64,000 nt of DNA, from positions 5,013 through 69,012 of the forward strand of contig JAXIPC010000094.1 of assembly GCA_045403135.1 (NCBI GenBank), written 5' to 3'. Position 1 is the first letter of the stretch, and every line of letters begins with the position of its first letter. Positions 17,411 through 25,995 of the stretch are shown in pieces. The translations under genes were made by a program, and so were the position numbers. The notes under the pieces were generated by a model. That model searched no databases. It was not told the DNA's origin and saw nothing but the letters and a program-made list of their open reading frames with translations. The stretch comes from Gemmatimonadales bacterium. GTDB lineage: Bacteria > Gemmatimonadota > Gemmatimonadetes > Gemmatimonadales > GWC2-71-9.

Positions 17411-19826
17411 CGTACACCACTTTCACCAGCTCCTTACCCTGGGTGAACCTGACCACCACCGGGTCCCGCATCGCCGCGGCCTGGACCGCCTTTTCCGGCG
17501 CTCCCCGGGGCACCTGCACCCGTGACCGGGTCTTGCCGTTGACCTGAACGGGAATCTCGACCGTCGGCTCGACGGTCAGCCCCTCGTCCCATTCGGGCCA
17601 GGCGGTATCGAACACCGAGCCTTGCCCGCCCAGCCGCTCCCAGCATTCCTCGGCGAAATGGGGTGCGAAGGGCGCGAGCATGATCACCAATTCCTTCACC
17701 AGCCGCCGTTCGCCGCAATTGACGTCGCGCATCGCGTTGAGCAGCTCCATCAGCGCCGCGATCGCGGTGTTGTAGGACAGGTTTTCCAGGCCCTCGGTCA
17801 CCCGCTTCTTGGTCTGGTGCCACTTCACCACGATGCCCTGGTGCAGCTCGTTGCCGGTGAGCGTCCGCCGGTCGCACTCGGACACCAGGTCCCAGACCTT
17901 GTCGAGGAAACGCCGCGGCCCGCTCATGGCCTCGTCGCGGAAGTCGCCCCCCTCTTCGAACGGCCCCAGGAACATCAGGTACATCCGGAAGGAGTCGGCC
18001 CCCCACCGCGCGATGTATTGATCCGGGATGACCACGTTGCCCTTCGTCTTCGACATCTTGGCCCCGTCCTTCACGATGTGACCGTGGGCCCGGAATTTCC
18101 GGAACGGCTCCTCGAAGGGGAGCCGGCCGCGGTCGTGCAGGACCATCGCGATGAACCGGCTATAGAGCAGGTGGAGCACCGCGTGCTCGTTCCCGCCGAT
18201 ATAGCTCGCGATCGGCGCCCATCTGGCCACCCGGCCGGCGTCGTAGGCCCGGTCGTCGAATTCGGTGGAGAGATAGCGGAGGAAGTACCAGGCTGAGTCG
18301 AGGAAGGTGTCGGAGACGTCGGTTTCCCGATGCGCCGGCTTCCCGCATGTGGGACAGGGTACCTCGTACCACTCCTGGTGCCGTGCCAGCGGGGACACGC
18401 CCGAATCGTCGGGACGGAAGTCCGCGATGGCCGGCAGGAGCACCGGAAGGTCCTTCTCGGGGACCGGCACCGCCCCGCAGGCATCGCAGTAGATGATCGG
18501 AATCGGCGGGCCCCAGTACCGCTGCCGGGAAATGCACCAGTCGTGGAGCCGGTAGCGGATCTCGCCCCTGCCGTGTCCCTCCCGCTCGAGCCACGCCACG
18601 ATCGCCTTGAGCCCCTCTGCCGCCGGCAATTCCGAGAACGATCCTGAGTTGACCAGCCGGAACCCCTCGGTCTCTACCGCCGCCTCGTGGAGCAGCGTGG
18701 CGCCGGTCTCGCCCGGACCCGCCAGTACCCTGACGATCGGCAACCCGTATTTCTTCGCGAACGCGAAGTCCCGCTCGTCGTGGCCCGGTACCCCCCCGAT
18801 GGCGCCGGTGCCGTATTGCATCAGCACGTAGTCGGAGACCCACACCGGAATCCGCTCGCCGGTGGCGGGGTTGAGCGCGGTCGAGCCCGTGAAGGCGCCG
18901 GTCTTCTCCTTGTCGCCCACCTTGCGGGAGACCAGGTCCCTGGCCGCGACGGTCTTCCGGTACGCCTGCACCGCCTCGTGCCAGGCTGGGAGGGTGAGCG
19001 CGTCGACCAGCGGGTGCTCGGGGGCGAGCACCAGGAAGGTTCCGCCGAAGAGGGTATCGGGCCGGGTGGTGAAGACGCGGATGGGGCCGGCGTCGCTCGG
19101 AAACTCGATCTCCGCCCCTTCACTTCGCCCGATCCAGTTCTTCTGGGCCAGCGTGGTGGAGGCTGACCAGTCCATCTTCGAGGGATCCTCGAGGTTGGCC
19201 AGCAGGCGGCCGGCGTACTCCGTGATCCGGAAGAACCATTGCTCCAGCAGCCGCTGCTCCACCTGGGCGCCGCAGCGCTCGCAGGCGCCGTTGATCACCT
19301 GCTCGTTGGCCAGCACGGTCTTGTCGCGCGGGCACCAGTTGACCGCAGCCTTCTTCTTGTAGGCCTTGCCCGCCTCATAGAGCTGCAGGAACAGCCATTG
19401 GGTCCACTTGTAGTACGCGGGATCGGTGGTCGCCAGGGAGTGGCGCCAGTCGAACATACCTCCCAGGCGGGTCAGCTGACGGCGGAAATTGGCAATGTTG
19501 CGCGGAATCAGCTCGGCAGGGTGGATGCCGACCTTGATAGCGAAGTTTTCGCTGTGAATGCCGAAGGCGTCGAAGCCCATCGGCTCGAACACGGTGTAGC
19601 CGCGAAGCCGCTTGAAGCGCCCATACACGTCCGCGCCGGTAAAGGCGAAACAATTGCCGACGTGCAATCCCTCGGCGGAGGGGTAGGGAAACATCATCAG
19701 GTTGTAGAACGGCCGCCCGGCCTTATCCAGGTCTGGTTCATTGGTGCGCCGCGCGGCCCAGCGGGCCTGCCACTTCGCCTCGACGTCGTCGGGGCGGTAC
19801 CCGTGCTCGGGATGGTGTTCGCTCAT
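17373..19826 (-). CDS. leuS: leucine--tRNA ligase
   Basis: 817 aa. Class I signature ..PYPSAEGLHVGN.. (HIGH-type) and KMSKTKGN (KMSKS), with LeuRS-like sequence throughout. Confidence 0.97.
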   Translation of the reverse strand: MSEHHPEHGYRPDDVEAKWQARWAARRTNEPDLDKAGRPFYNLMMFPYPSAEGLHVGNCFAFTGADVYGRFKRLRGYTVFEPMGFDAFGIHSENFAIKVGIHPAELIPRNIANFRRQLTRLGGMFDWRHSLATTDPAYYKWTQWLFLQLYEAGKAYKKKAAVNWCPRDKTVLANEQVINGACERCGAQVEQRLLEQWFFRITEYAGRLLANLEDPSKMDWSASTTLAQKNWIGRSEGAEIEFPSDAGPIRVFTTRPDTLFGGTFLVLAPEHPLVDALTLPAWHEAVQAYRKTVAARDLVSRKVGDKEKTGAFTGSTALNPATGERIPVWVSDYVLMQYGTGAIGGVPGHDERDFAFAKKYGLPIVRVLAGPGETGATLLHEAAVETEGFRLVNSGSFSELPAAEGLKAIVAWLEREGHGRGEIRYRLHDWCISRQRYWGPPIPIIYCDACGAVPVPEKDLPVLLPAIADFRPDDSGVSPLARHQEWYEVPCPTCGKPAHRETDVSDTFLDSAWYFLRYLSTEFDDRAYDAGRVARWAPIASYIGGNEHAVLHLLYSRFIAMVLHDRGRLPFEEPFRKFRAHGHIVKDGAKMSKTKGNVVIPDQYIARWGADSFRMYLMFLGPFEEGGDFRDEAMSGPRRFLDKVWDLVSECDRRTLTGNELHQGIVVKWHQTKKRVTEGLENLSYNTAIAALMELLNAMRDVNCGERRLVKELVIMLAPFAPHFAEECWERLGGQGSVFDTAWPEWDEGLTVEPTVEIPVQVNGKTRSRVQVPRGAPEKAVQAAAMRDPVVVRFTQGKELVKVVYVNDRLLNLVVAP

Positions 19827-19852
19827 GGGGGTAACTTAATATCCATGCGCCA

Positions 19853-21115
19853 ATGCCCCTCTATCGGAATCCGCTGAGCCGCCAGGTCCAGACCGGCGGG
19901 GCGATCGCCACGATTGCCTTGACGGTGGTGCTGTGGTCCTTCCTGTCCGGCGAGCTCAACTGGCCCCTCCCCTACCAGCTGGGCGCGTTTGCCCTGCTCT
20001 GTCTTCTCATCCTCTGGGTCCTGCTGTCCTGGCTCGAGCGCAAGATCATCGTGCCGCTCGGCGCGGTGACCACGATCACCCTGCGCGTGGCGGAGGGAGA
20101 CCTGACCGTCAGCCACGAGGACATCAAGCAGGTGGGCGGGGGCGCGGTGACCGACGGGATCAACCGAATGGTCCGGGAGCTGAACCGACTGGTAGGCGCT
20201 GTCCGGTCAGCGGCCACGGACTCCGCGGCGCTGGCGGAGGAGATTTCATCCGCCACGGAACAGATGGTGAGCTCCACCGAGGAGGTGGCGGGAACCACCG
20301 CGGACCTGACCGATCGCGCCGTTGCCCAGGCCAGCCTGGTGCGCGGTGTGGCGGACGATGCGTCGCGAATCCTGGCCATCGCGGAAGAAGTGGCGGCCGG
20401 CGCGCTGACCGCGGTGGAACGGAACTCCGGCCTCGCCATCCTCGCCCGCGGCCAGCGGGAGCGCCTGAGCGAGAGCCTCGACGCGCTCGACCGGCTGACT
20501 GAAGAAGTTGCCCTGGGCACCGCGGAGGCCGAGGCGCTGGCCGAAGCGTCCGAGGAGCTGGAGCGCTTCGTCGATCAGGCTCGCACCGTGGCCAAGCAGA
20601 CCCGCATCCTGGCGCTCAACGCTTCGATCGAGGCGGCCCGCGCCGGCAGCGAGGGCCACGGCTTCGCCACGGTGGCGGATGAGGTGAGGAAGCTGTCGGG
20701 CCAGGCCTCGATTGCCGCCGGGGCCACCCACGACACCGTCCGTACCATCGCGGGGAGGGTCTCCACCGCCCGGGCGCGGCTGCTTCGTCTCGGCCAGGGC
20801 GGTCTGGCGGCGCGGGAAGCGGCTCGCGAGGCGGTCGAAGGGCTCCGGCTGGTGTCGACCGAGGCGGACGCCGTGGACTCCTGGACGCGTAACGTGTCGC
20901 AGGCGGCCAGCGAAGTGCGCGCGCTGATCGACGGCATCGCGGGACGAACTCGAGAGCTGGCCACCGGCACCGAGGACTTTGCGGCCGCGGCCGAGCAGAT
21001 CGCGGCCACCACGGAAGAGCTCAACGCGTCGACGGAGGAGATCACGGCGTCGGCGCAACACCTGGCCAATGCCGCGGTAAAGCTGACGGAGAATATCGGG
21101 ATGTTCCGCGGCTGA
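19853..21115 (+). CDS. methyl-accepting chemotaxis protein (2 TM + HAMP, no large sensor domain)
   Basis: Conserved signalling hairpin ..[32 protein letters not shown].. and a HAMP-like segment after the second TM. Confidence 0.9.
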   Translation: MPLYRNPLSRQVQTGGAIATIALTVVLWSFLSGELNWPLPYQLGAFALLCLLILWVLLSWLERKIIVPLGAVTTITLRVAEGDLTVSHEDIKQVGGGAVTDGINRMVRELNRLVGAVRSAATDSAALAEEISSATEQMVSSTEEVAGTTADLTDRAVAQASLVRGVADDASRILAIAEEVAAGALTAVERNSGLAILARGQRERLSESLDALDRLTEEVALGTAEAEALAEASEELERFVDQARTVAKQTRILALNASIEAARAGSEGHGFATVADEVRKLSGQASIAAGATHDTVRTIAGRVSTARARLLRLGQGGLAAREAAREAVEGLRLVSTEADAVDSWTRNVSQAASEVRALIDGIAGRTRELATGTEDFAAAAEQIAATTEELNASTEEITASAQHLANAAVKLTENIGMFRG

Positions 21116-21121
21116 GCGGAG

Positions 21122-22873
21122 TCAGCTTCCCGACAGGCGCCGGCTCATCGCCCGCGCCACGAAGCGTACTCTATCAGGCCAGGAGAGCCGGCCCAGCATG
21201 GTTTTCACAACCCCGCGAGTGAAGTAGGTCTTGTTGGTGTAGTCGATGGCCACGTCCACCAGGATCGGCCGTCCCGCCTGCATCGTCGCCCGCGCCGCGC
21301 GCACCACCTCCGTCACGTCGGCATCGGAATCCAGCGGCAGCCAATCCGCACCCACCGCCTCGGCGATACTGCCGGCATGGAAATCCGGCAGCGCGCTGGC
21401 CACCCTGCGGTTGAAGGCCGTGGACTGGAATTGGGCGATTTGTGCCAGCTCGCGGTCGCGTAGCACGAAGACCGCCACCGGCACCCGCTGGCTGACCGCG
21501 GTGAGCAGCTCGAGCCCGGTCATCAGGAAGGCGCCGTCTCCAGCGAGCGCCACGACCGGGGTCCCGGGCTTACCGAGGGCAGCGCCGATCGCGGCGGGCA
21601 CCGAGTACCCCATGCAGGAGTAGTCGACCGGGGCGAGGAATCGACCGGGACGGTCGAGCCGGAGACACTCCATTGCCAGAAAGGTGCCATTGCCGCTGTC
21701 GGCGGCAAAAATCGTCTCAGGGCTGAGCTCCCGCTGCAAAGCGTCGAGCAGCACGAACGGCGTGACGCGGCCGGCGCTTCGCTGCTCGAGCCAGCCCTTG
21801 CGGACCTCGTCGTGTCCTTCACGAATCCGATTCCGCATCCGGGCATCGATCGGCTCTGCGCGGCGTTCCGCCTGGATCTGAACCAGCTCCTCGAGGAGCG
21901 CCGTAAGGAACTCCCGGGCATCGGCGACAACCGCGAGAGCGGCAGGGAAGTTGCGATTCAGCACCTCCCCGTTGATGTCCACATGAATGAGAGGACCGGG
22001 AGGCGTGAAGCCGTAGCTCCCAGTCCCCACCTCGCTGAAGCGGCATCCCAGCGCCAGCGTCACGTTGCGCTCGTCGGCGACGCGGCGGACGAACCCGGGA
22101 GCCGCACTCCCAAATCCATTCCAGAGGAACAAGGGGTGGGATTCGGGAAAGACGCCCTTACCCTGAAAAGTGGTGGACACCGGCGCCTCGAGCCGCTCGG
22201 CGAGTGCCAGCAGCTCGGCCGTGGCACCTTGGGCGCCGAGACCGGCGTACAGGAGCGGCTTGGCTCCGGGATCGGACAGCAGCTCCGCCGCGGTGCGGAT
22301 CTCTTCGGCGCTTGCCCTGGGCGGCGGTTTCTCCTGGGGGGCCTGGAAGGTCCCCGGGTCGATCTCATGGCGGCTGAGGTAGTGATCCACCGACACTTCG
22401 ACCATCACCGGTCCGGGCGTGCCGTGCCGGGCCAGTGCGCACGCCTCGCGAATCACCCCGTACAGGTCGGCGCCGGTGCCGGGGCGGAAGGTTCCTTTGA
22501 CGAGAGGGGCGGCGATGGCGAGCTGGTCGACGTCATGAAGCTGGTAGGCGTGCGGAGCGTGGCGACGGATTCCGCAGCCGAGCACCAGCATCGGGATCCC
22601 GTCCATGAATGCTTCGCCAATGCCGGACAACGCGTGGGTCAGGCCGGCCCCCGGGACGATGTTGACGCACCCCATTTCTCCCGAAGCGCGCCAGAGCCCG
22701 TCCGCCATGAATCCGGCGCTCTGCTCGTCGGTGAGAAGGATAGGACGGATCCGGTCGGAGTCGCCGAACGCATCGTAGAGCTCGATGTTGTGGGTGCCCG
22801 GAATGCCGAAGGCATGGCGGATGCCCTCATCCGCCAGCGCGCGTACCACGATCTCGCCGCCGGTCAGCTTCAT
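21122..22873 (-). CDS. thiamine diphosphate-dependent enzyme (acetolactate synthase-like family)
   Basis: 583 aa. N-terminal Pyr domain (MKLTGGEIVVRALADEGIRHAFGIPG) and C-terminal ThDP motif GDGAFLMTGLELLTA. ATGA overlap with the upstream GMC gene. Confidence 0.9.
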   Translation of the reverse strand: MKLTGGEIVVRALADEGIRHAFGIPGTHNIELYDAFGDSDRIRPILLTDEQSAGFMADGLWRASGEMGCVNIVPGAGLTHALSGIGEAFMDGIPMLVLGCGIRRHAPHAYQLHDVDQLAIAAPLVKGTFRPGTGADLYGVIREACALARHGTPGPVMVEVSVDHYLSRHEIDPGTFQAPQEKPPPRASAEEIRTAAELLSDPGAKPLLYAGLGAQGATAELLALAERLEAPVSTTFQGKGVFPESHPLFLWNGFGSAAPGFVRRVADERNVTLALGCRFSEVGTGSYGFTPPGPLIHVDINGEVLNRNFPAALAVVADAREFLTALLEELVQIQAERRAEPIDARMRNRIREGHDEVRKGWLEQRSAGRVTPFVLLDALQRELSPETIFAADSGNGTFLAMECLRLDRPGRFLAPVDYSCMGYSVPAAIGAALGKPGTPVVALAGDGAFLMTGLELLTAVSQRVPVAVFVLRDRELAQIAQFQSTAFNRRVASALPDFHAGSIAEAVGADWLPLDSDADVTEVVRAARATMQAGRPILVDVAIDYTNKTYFTRGVVKTMLGRLSWPDRVRFVARAMSRRLSGS

Positions 22874-24366
22874 CGCGCCATGTCCTGGAGCACGCCTTCG
22901 GCCACCCGGTCCGCCAAGGCCATGATGGTGAGATAGGGGTTGATTTCCAGCGAATCGGGGAAGAGGCTCGCGTCGGCCACGCGAAGCCAGGACCGCCCCT
23001 GCACCAGCCCCCGGTTGTCGGTCACCGAGCTCGCGGCGTCACGACCCATGGCGCAGCCGCCCATGAGATGCGCCGCCGAGATCGAGATTGTTCCGGTGCG
23101 GAAGTGGCGCGCGTCGATGCGCTGGTCGATCCGGCCTGCCTCGGCGGCCTCGAGCAGCGGAGGGTCGGCCGAGGGCGCGTGGACCCGAAGCGCGCCGGCG
23201 GCGAAGAAAATCCGCGCCGACGCGCGGGTCGCCCGCACCATGGACTCGATGACCTGGTCGGTGAATCGGTAGTGCACCACCGGCCGGCCCTTGCGGTCCA
23301 CGGCGATTCGATTGTCCGGAACGGCCTTGTCGCAGGCCAGCACCAGGATCATCTGGAGCCGTGGGAACGCCTGCATGAAGGTGCTGTGGCCGGCGCCGAA
23401 GCCGGTCAGGTTCTTGGCGGTGATGAAGGGGAAGTACATGCAGGTTTCCAGCACGTAGCCCTCGGCCGCCGCGCGGTCCACGAAGAAGCTCTTGGGGTGG
23501 CCGACGTCGTTGGTAATCGCGCGCGGCTGCTCGGCCACCAGGATGTGCGCGGGATGGCAGGTAAAGCCGGCGCCGATTCGTCGCGGCAGTCCCGGCAATC
23601 CGCTGCCGAGCAGCAGCGGCGTCGTGCCCAGTACGCCGCCGGCGAGCACAATCGTCTCGGCCTCGATCTCGTACTCCCCGGGCTCCCACTCCGGATCGGC
23701 GCCCTTGCCGCCGGCCGGCCGGGCGGAGACTGTCACATGGAGGCGGCGTTCGCCGAGCCGGGTTACCAGGGCGCGCGTCACGACTTCGACGCCCATCCGC
23801 TCGGCGCGGGGCAGCTGCACTCGGTTGGTGCCCTGCTTGGCGGCATTGGGGCAGCCCAGATTGCAGAGGCTGGAGCCGCGGCAACCGCGCAGATTGAGCG
23901 GAAACTGCTCGGCGTGAAATCCCGCCGCGGCGGCGCCGGCGGCGAAAAGCTGATTGTTCTCGTTCACCAGCTCCGGGGCCAGCAGGTGGACGCCGTTCTC
24001 TTCCATATACTTGCGGGAGCGGCGCTCTAGGTCGGCGTATTCGAGGCCGGGCACGGCCCACTGCTCGATGACCCGCCGGGGCGCGATCAGCGATGTCCCG
24101 GTGTACACCACGGTGGATCCGCCGTATGCCCGCGCGAAGGCCAGGGTCAACGTGCCCTCGGCGGTGAGGAACCCTCCCTCGTCGGCGTAGAGCGCCGGCG
24201 CCATGTCCAGCTCGCGTCCGGTGAAGTCGGCCTCGAGGAATCGCGGCCCGCGCTCCAGTACCAGCACGCGCTTTCCCGCGGCCACGAGCGGCGCCCGCGC
24301 GGCGGCCACGGTGCCGCCGCCGGCTCCGGAGCCGACGATGGCGACGTCGCAGCGCACCGCGCTCAT
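22870..24366 (-). CDS. GMC family FAD-dependent oxidoreductase
   Basis: Start at MSAVRCDVAIVGSGAGGG (GxGxxG) at 24366. The upstream 560 codons of the 1061-aa track ORF are Arg/Pro/Gly-rich and lie antisense to the membrane protein genes at 24823..25959 and 25979..27487. Confidence 0.9.
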   Translation of the reverse strand: MSAVRCDVAIVGSGAGGGTVAAARAPLVAAGKRVLVLERGPRFLEADFTGRELDMAPALYADEGGFLTAEGTLTLAFARAYGGSTVVYTGTSLIAPRRVIEQWAVPGLEYADLERRSRKYMEENGVHLLAPELVNENNQLFAAGAAAAGFHAEQFPLNLRGCRGSSLCNLGCPNAAKQGTNRVQLPRAERMGVEVVTRALVTRLGERRLHVTVSARPAGGKGADPEWEPGEYEIEAETIVLAGGVLGTTPLLLGSGLPGLPRRIGAGFTCHPAHILVAEQPRAITNDVGHPKSFFVDRAAAEGYVLETCMYFPFITAKNLTGFGAGHSTFMQAFPRLQMILVLACDKAVPDNRIAVDRKGRPVVHYRFTDQVIESMVRATRASARIFFAAGALRVHAPSADPPLLEAAEAGRIDQRIDARHFRTGTISISAAHLMGGCAMGRDAASSVTDNRGLVQGRSWLRVADASLFPDSLEINPYLTIMALADRVAEGVLQDMAR

Positions 24367-24767
24367 CGCCGCGCCTCCCATCCGGCGGCCGAGGCGCGGT
24401 AGCCCAACGCTGCGATCACCGCCGGATCGGTATACCAGCCCATCATCACCAGGGTGCGAAGCCCCCAGACGCCGCGCCGGAACAACAGCACCCGTGATGC
24501 CGCTAAACCTTCGAGCAGTGCCGTCCCGCGCGCCGCGTCGAGCCGGGCGAACCCGGTGTGATGGCGGGCCCGCGCGGTCAGATCGATGAGCCGGACCAAC
24601 AGCAGGATCTGGCGGCGCAGCCGTGCCGGGCGCGCCGCGAGCGCCGTTGCCACCGCCGATTCGAGCGCGCGCCACTGAGAGTCGGTGGCGCGAGCGGTTT
24701 CGGGGATAAAGCACTGGGCGAGTGCGCGGAACGCGGGCCAGGGAGATCTCGTCGGGAGAGACGCCAC
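24363..24767 (-). CDS. small GMC-associated subunit (gluconate 2-dehydrogenase subunit 3-like), no Tat signal
   Basis: 134 aa, GTG start. ATGA overlap with the GMC gene. ..FIPE.. and ..GWYTDP.. resemble the small subunits encoded next to GMC dehydrogenases. Assignment is tentative. Confidence 0.5.
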   Translation of the reverse strand: MASLPTRSPWPAFRALAQCFIPETARATDSQWRALESAVATALAARPARLRRQILLLVRLIDLTARARHHTGFARLDAARGTALLEGLAASRVLLFRRGVWGLRTLVMMGWYTDPAVIAALGYRASAAGWEARR

Positions 24768-24822
24768 GGCCCGAAGCTACCGTGGACTTGCTGCCCCCGA
24801 AAGAGCGGCCTAGCATTCGCCG

Positions 24823-25959
24823 ATGCGCTCGATTGCCCGCACGGCAGTGGCCGTCCTGATCGCCGCGGCACTCATCGCCATCGGATTGATCTGGGACATT
24901 GCGTGGCACCGGAGCGTGGGGCGGGACACCTTCTGGACCCCGCCTCACCTGGTGGAGTATGTCGCCGCGATCATCGTGGGAACGAGCTGCGGCTGGCTGA
25001 TCGTCCGGAGCACCTTCCGCGGCACCGGACTCGAGCGGGAACACATGGTGCGCTTCTGGGGCTTCCGTGGTCCACTTGGCGCCTGGGTGGCGGTGTGGGG
25101 GAGCCTGGCGATGCTCGTGTCGGCACCCTTCGACGACTGGTGGCACAACGCCTACGGGCTCGACGTGAAGATCGTGAGTCCACCCCACATGGTGCTCGGG
25201 GCCGGCATGACGGCGATCATCGTGGGCGCGTGGCTCATGACGCTCGCCGAGCAGAACCGATCGGCCGACCGCTCTCGAAGATTTGCGATCGTCTTTGCCG
25301 TCGCCTCGGCCATCCTCCTGCTGATGCTCGTCACGATCACGATGGAGTACACCGCGTTTCCGAATCTCTGGCGCAGCCGGCTGTTTTACTTCGTTTCGGC
25401 GGCGGTATTCCCCCTCGTGCTGGCCGCGGCGGCGCGCTCCGGCAGGCTGCGGTGGCCCGCCACGGCCACCGCGGCGATCTTCATGCTCGCGAGCCTGGTG
25501 CTGTCCTGGGTGCTGCAGAGCGTTCCCGCGACCGCCCGGCTCGCGCCGATCAACAATCCGGTCACCCATCTGGTCGCCGCGCCGTTCCCGATCGCGCTCA
25601 TCGTGCCTGCCGCGGCCTTCGATCTCCTGCACCGCTACGTGGGTTCCGGAAGAGACTGGCGTCTCTCCGGGCTGCTCGGAGTGGGATTCGTGGTGGCGTT
25701 GCTGGCGGCGAGCTGGCCTCTGGCGGCATTCCTGCTTTCTCCTGCCGGGCAAACCCCACTCTTCCTGGCCGACAACTGGGACTTTTCCTTCGCGCCTGGC
25801 AGCTGGCACCACGAGTATTGGGACACCATGTCCGGCGCGAGCACCGGCTCCGTCGCCGCGGCCTTCGCGAAGGTCCTGCTCCTGGCCGCGCTGTTCGCGG
25901 CGGTGGCGTCGCGGCTGGGGATCGCCCTGGGGAGCTGGATGCGGAAGGTTCGGCGGTGA
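24823..25959 (+). CDS. polytopic membrane protein with duplicated D-x-x-W-H ... PPH motif
   Basis: 378 aa, about 10 hydrophobic segments. WDIAWHRSVGRDTFWTPPHLV and FDDWWHNAYGLDVKIVSPPHMV form an internal repeat. No family recognised. Confidence 0.65.
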   Translation: MRSIARTAVAVLIAAALIAIGLIWDIAWHRSVGRDTFWTPPHLVEYVAAIIVGTSCGWLIVRSTFRGTGLEREHMVRFWGFRGPLGAWVAVWGSLAMLVSAPFDDWWHNAYGLDVKIVSPPHMVLGAGMTAIIVGAWLMTLAEQNRSADRSRRFAIVFAVASAILLLMLVTITMEYTAFPNLWRSRLFYFVSAAVFPLVLAAAARSGRLRWPATATAAIFMLASLVLSWVLQSVPATARLAPINNPVTHLVAAPFPIALIVPAAAFDLLHRYVGSGRDWRLSGLLGVGFVVALLAASWPLAAFLLSPAGQTPLFLADNWDFSFAPGSWHHEYWDTMSGASTGSVAAAFAKVLLLAALFAAVASRLGIALGSWMRKVRR

Positions 25960-25995
25960 GCACCGTGAGCGGCAAGCGGTGAGCGGTAAGCGGTG
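25952..25995 (+). repeat. 7-nt tandem repeat array (GGTGAGC / GTGAGCG / GCAAGCG / GTGAGCG / GTAAGCG) spanning a stop-start junction
   Basis: The array contains the TGA stop of 24823..25959 (25957-25959) and the GTG start of 25979..27487, and encodes its first residues V-S-G-K-R. Confidence 0.85.
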
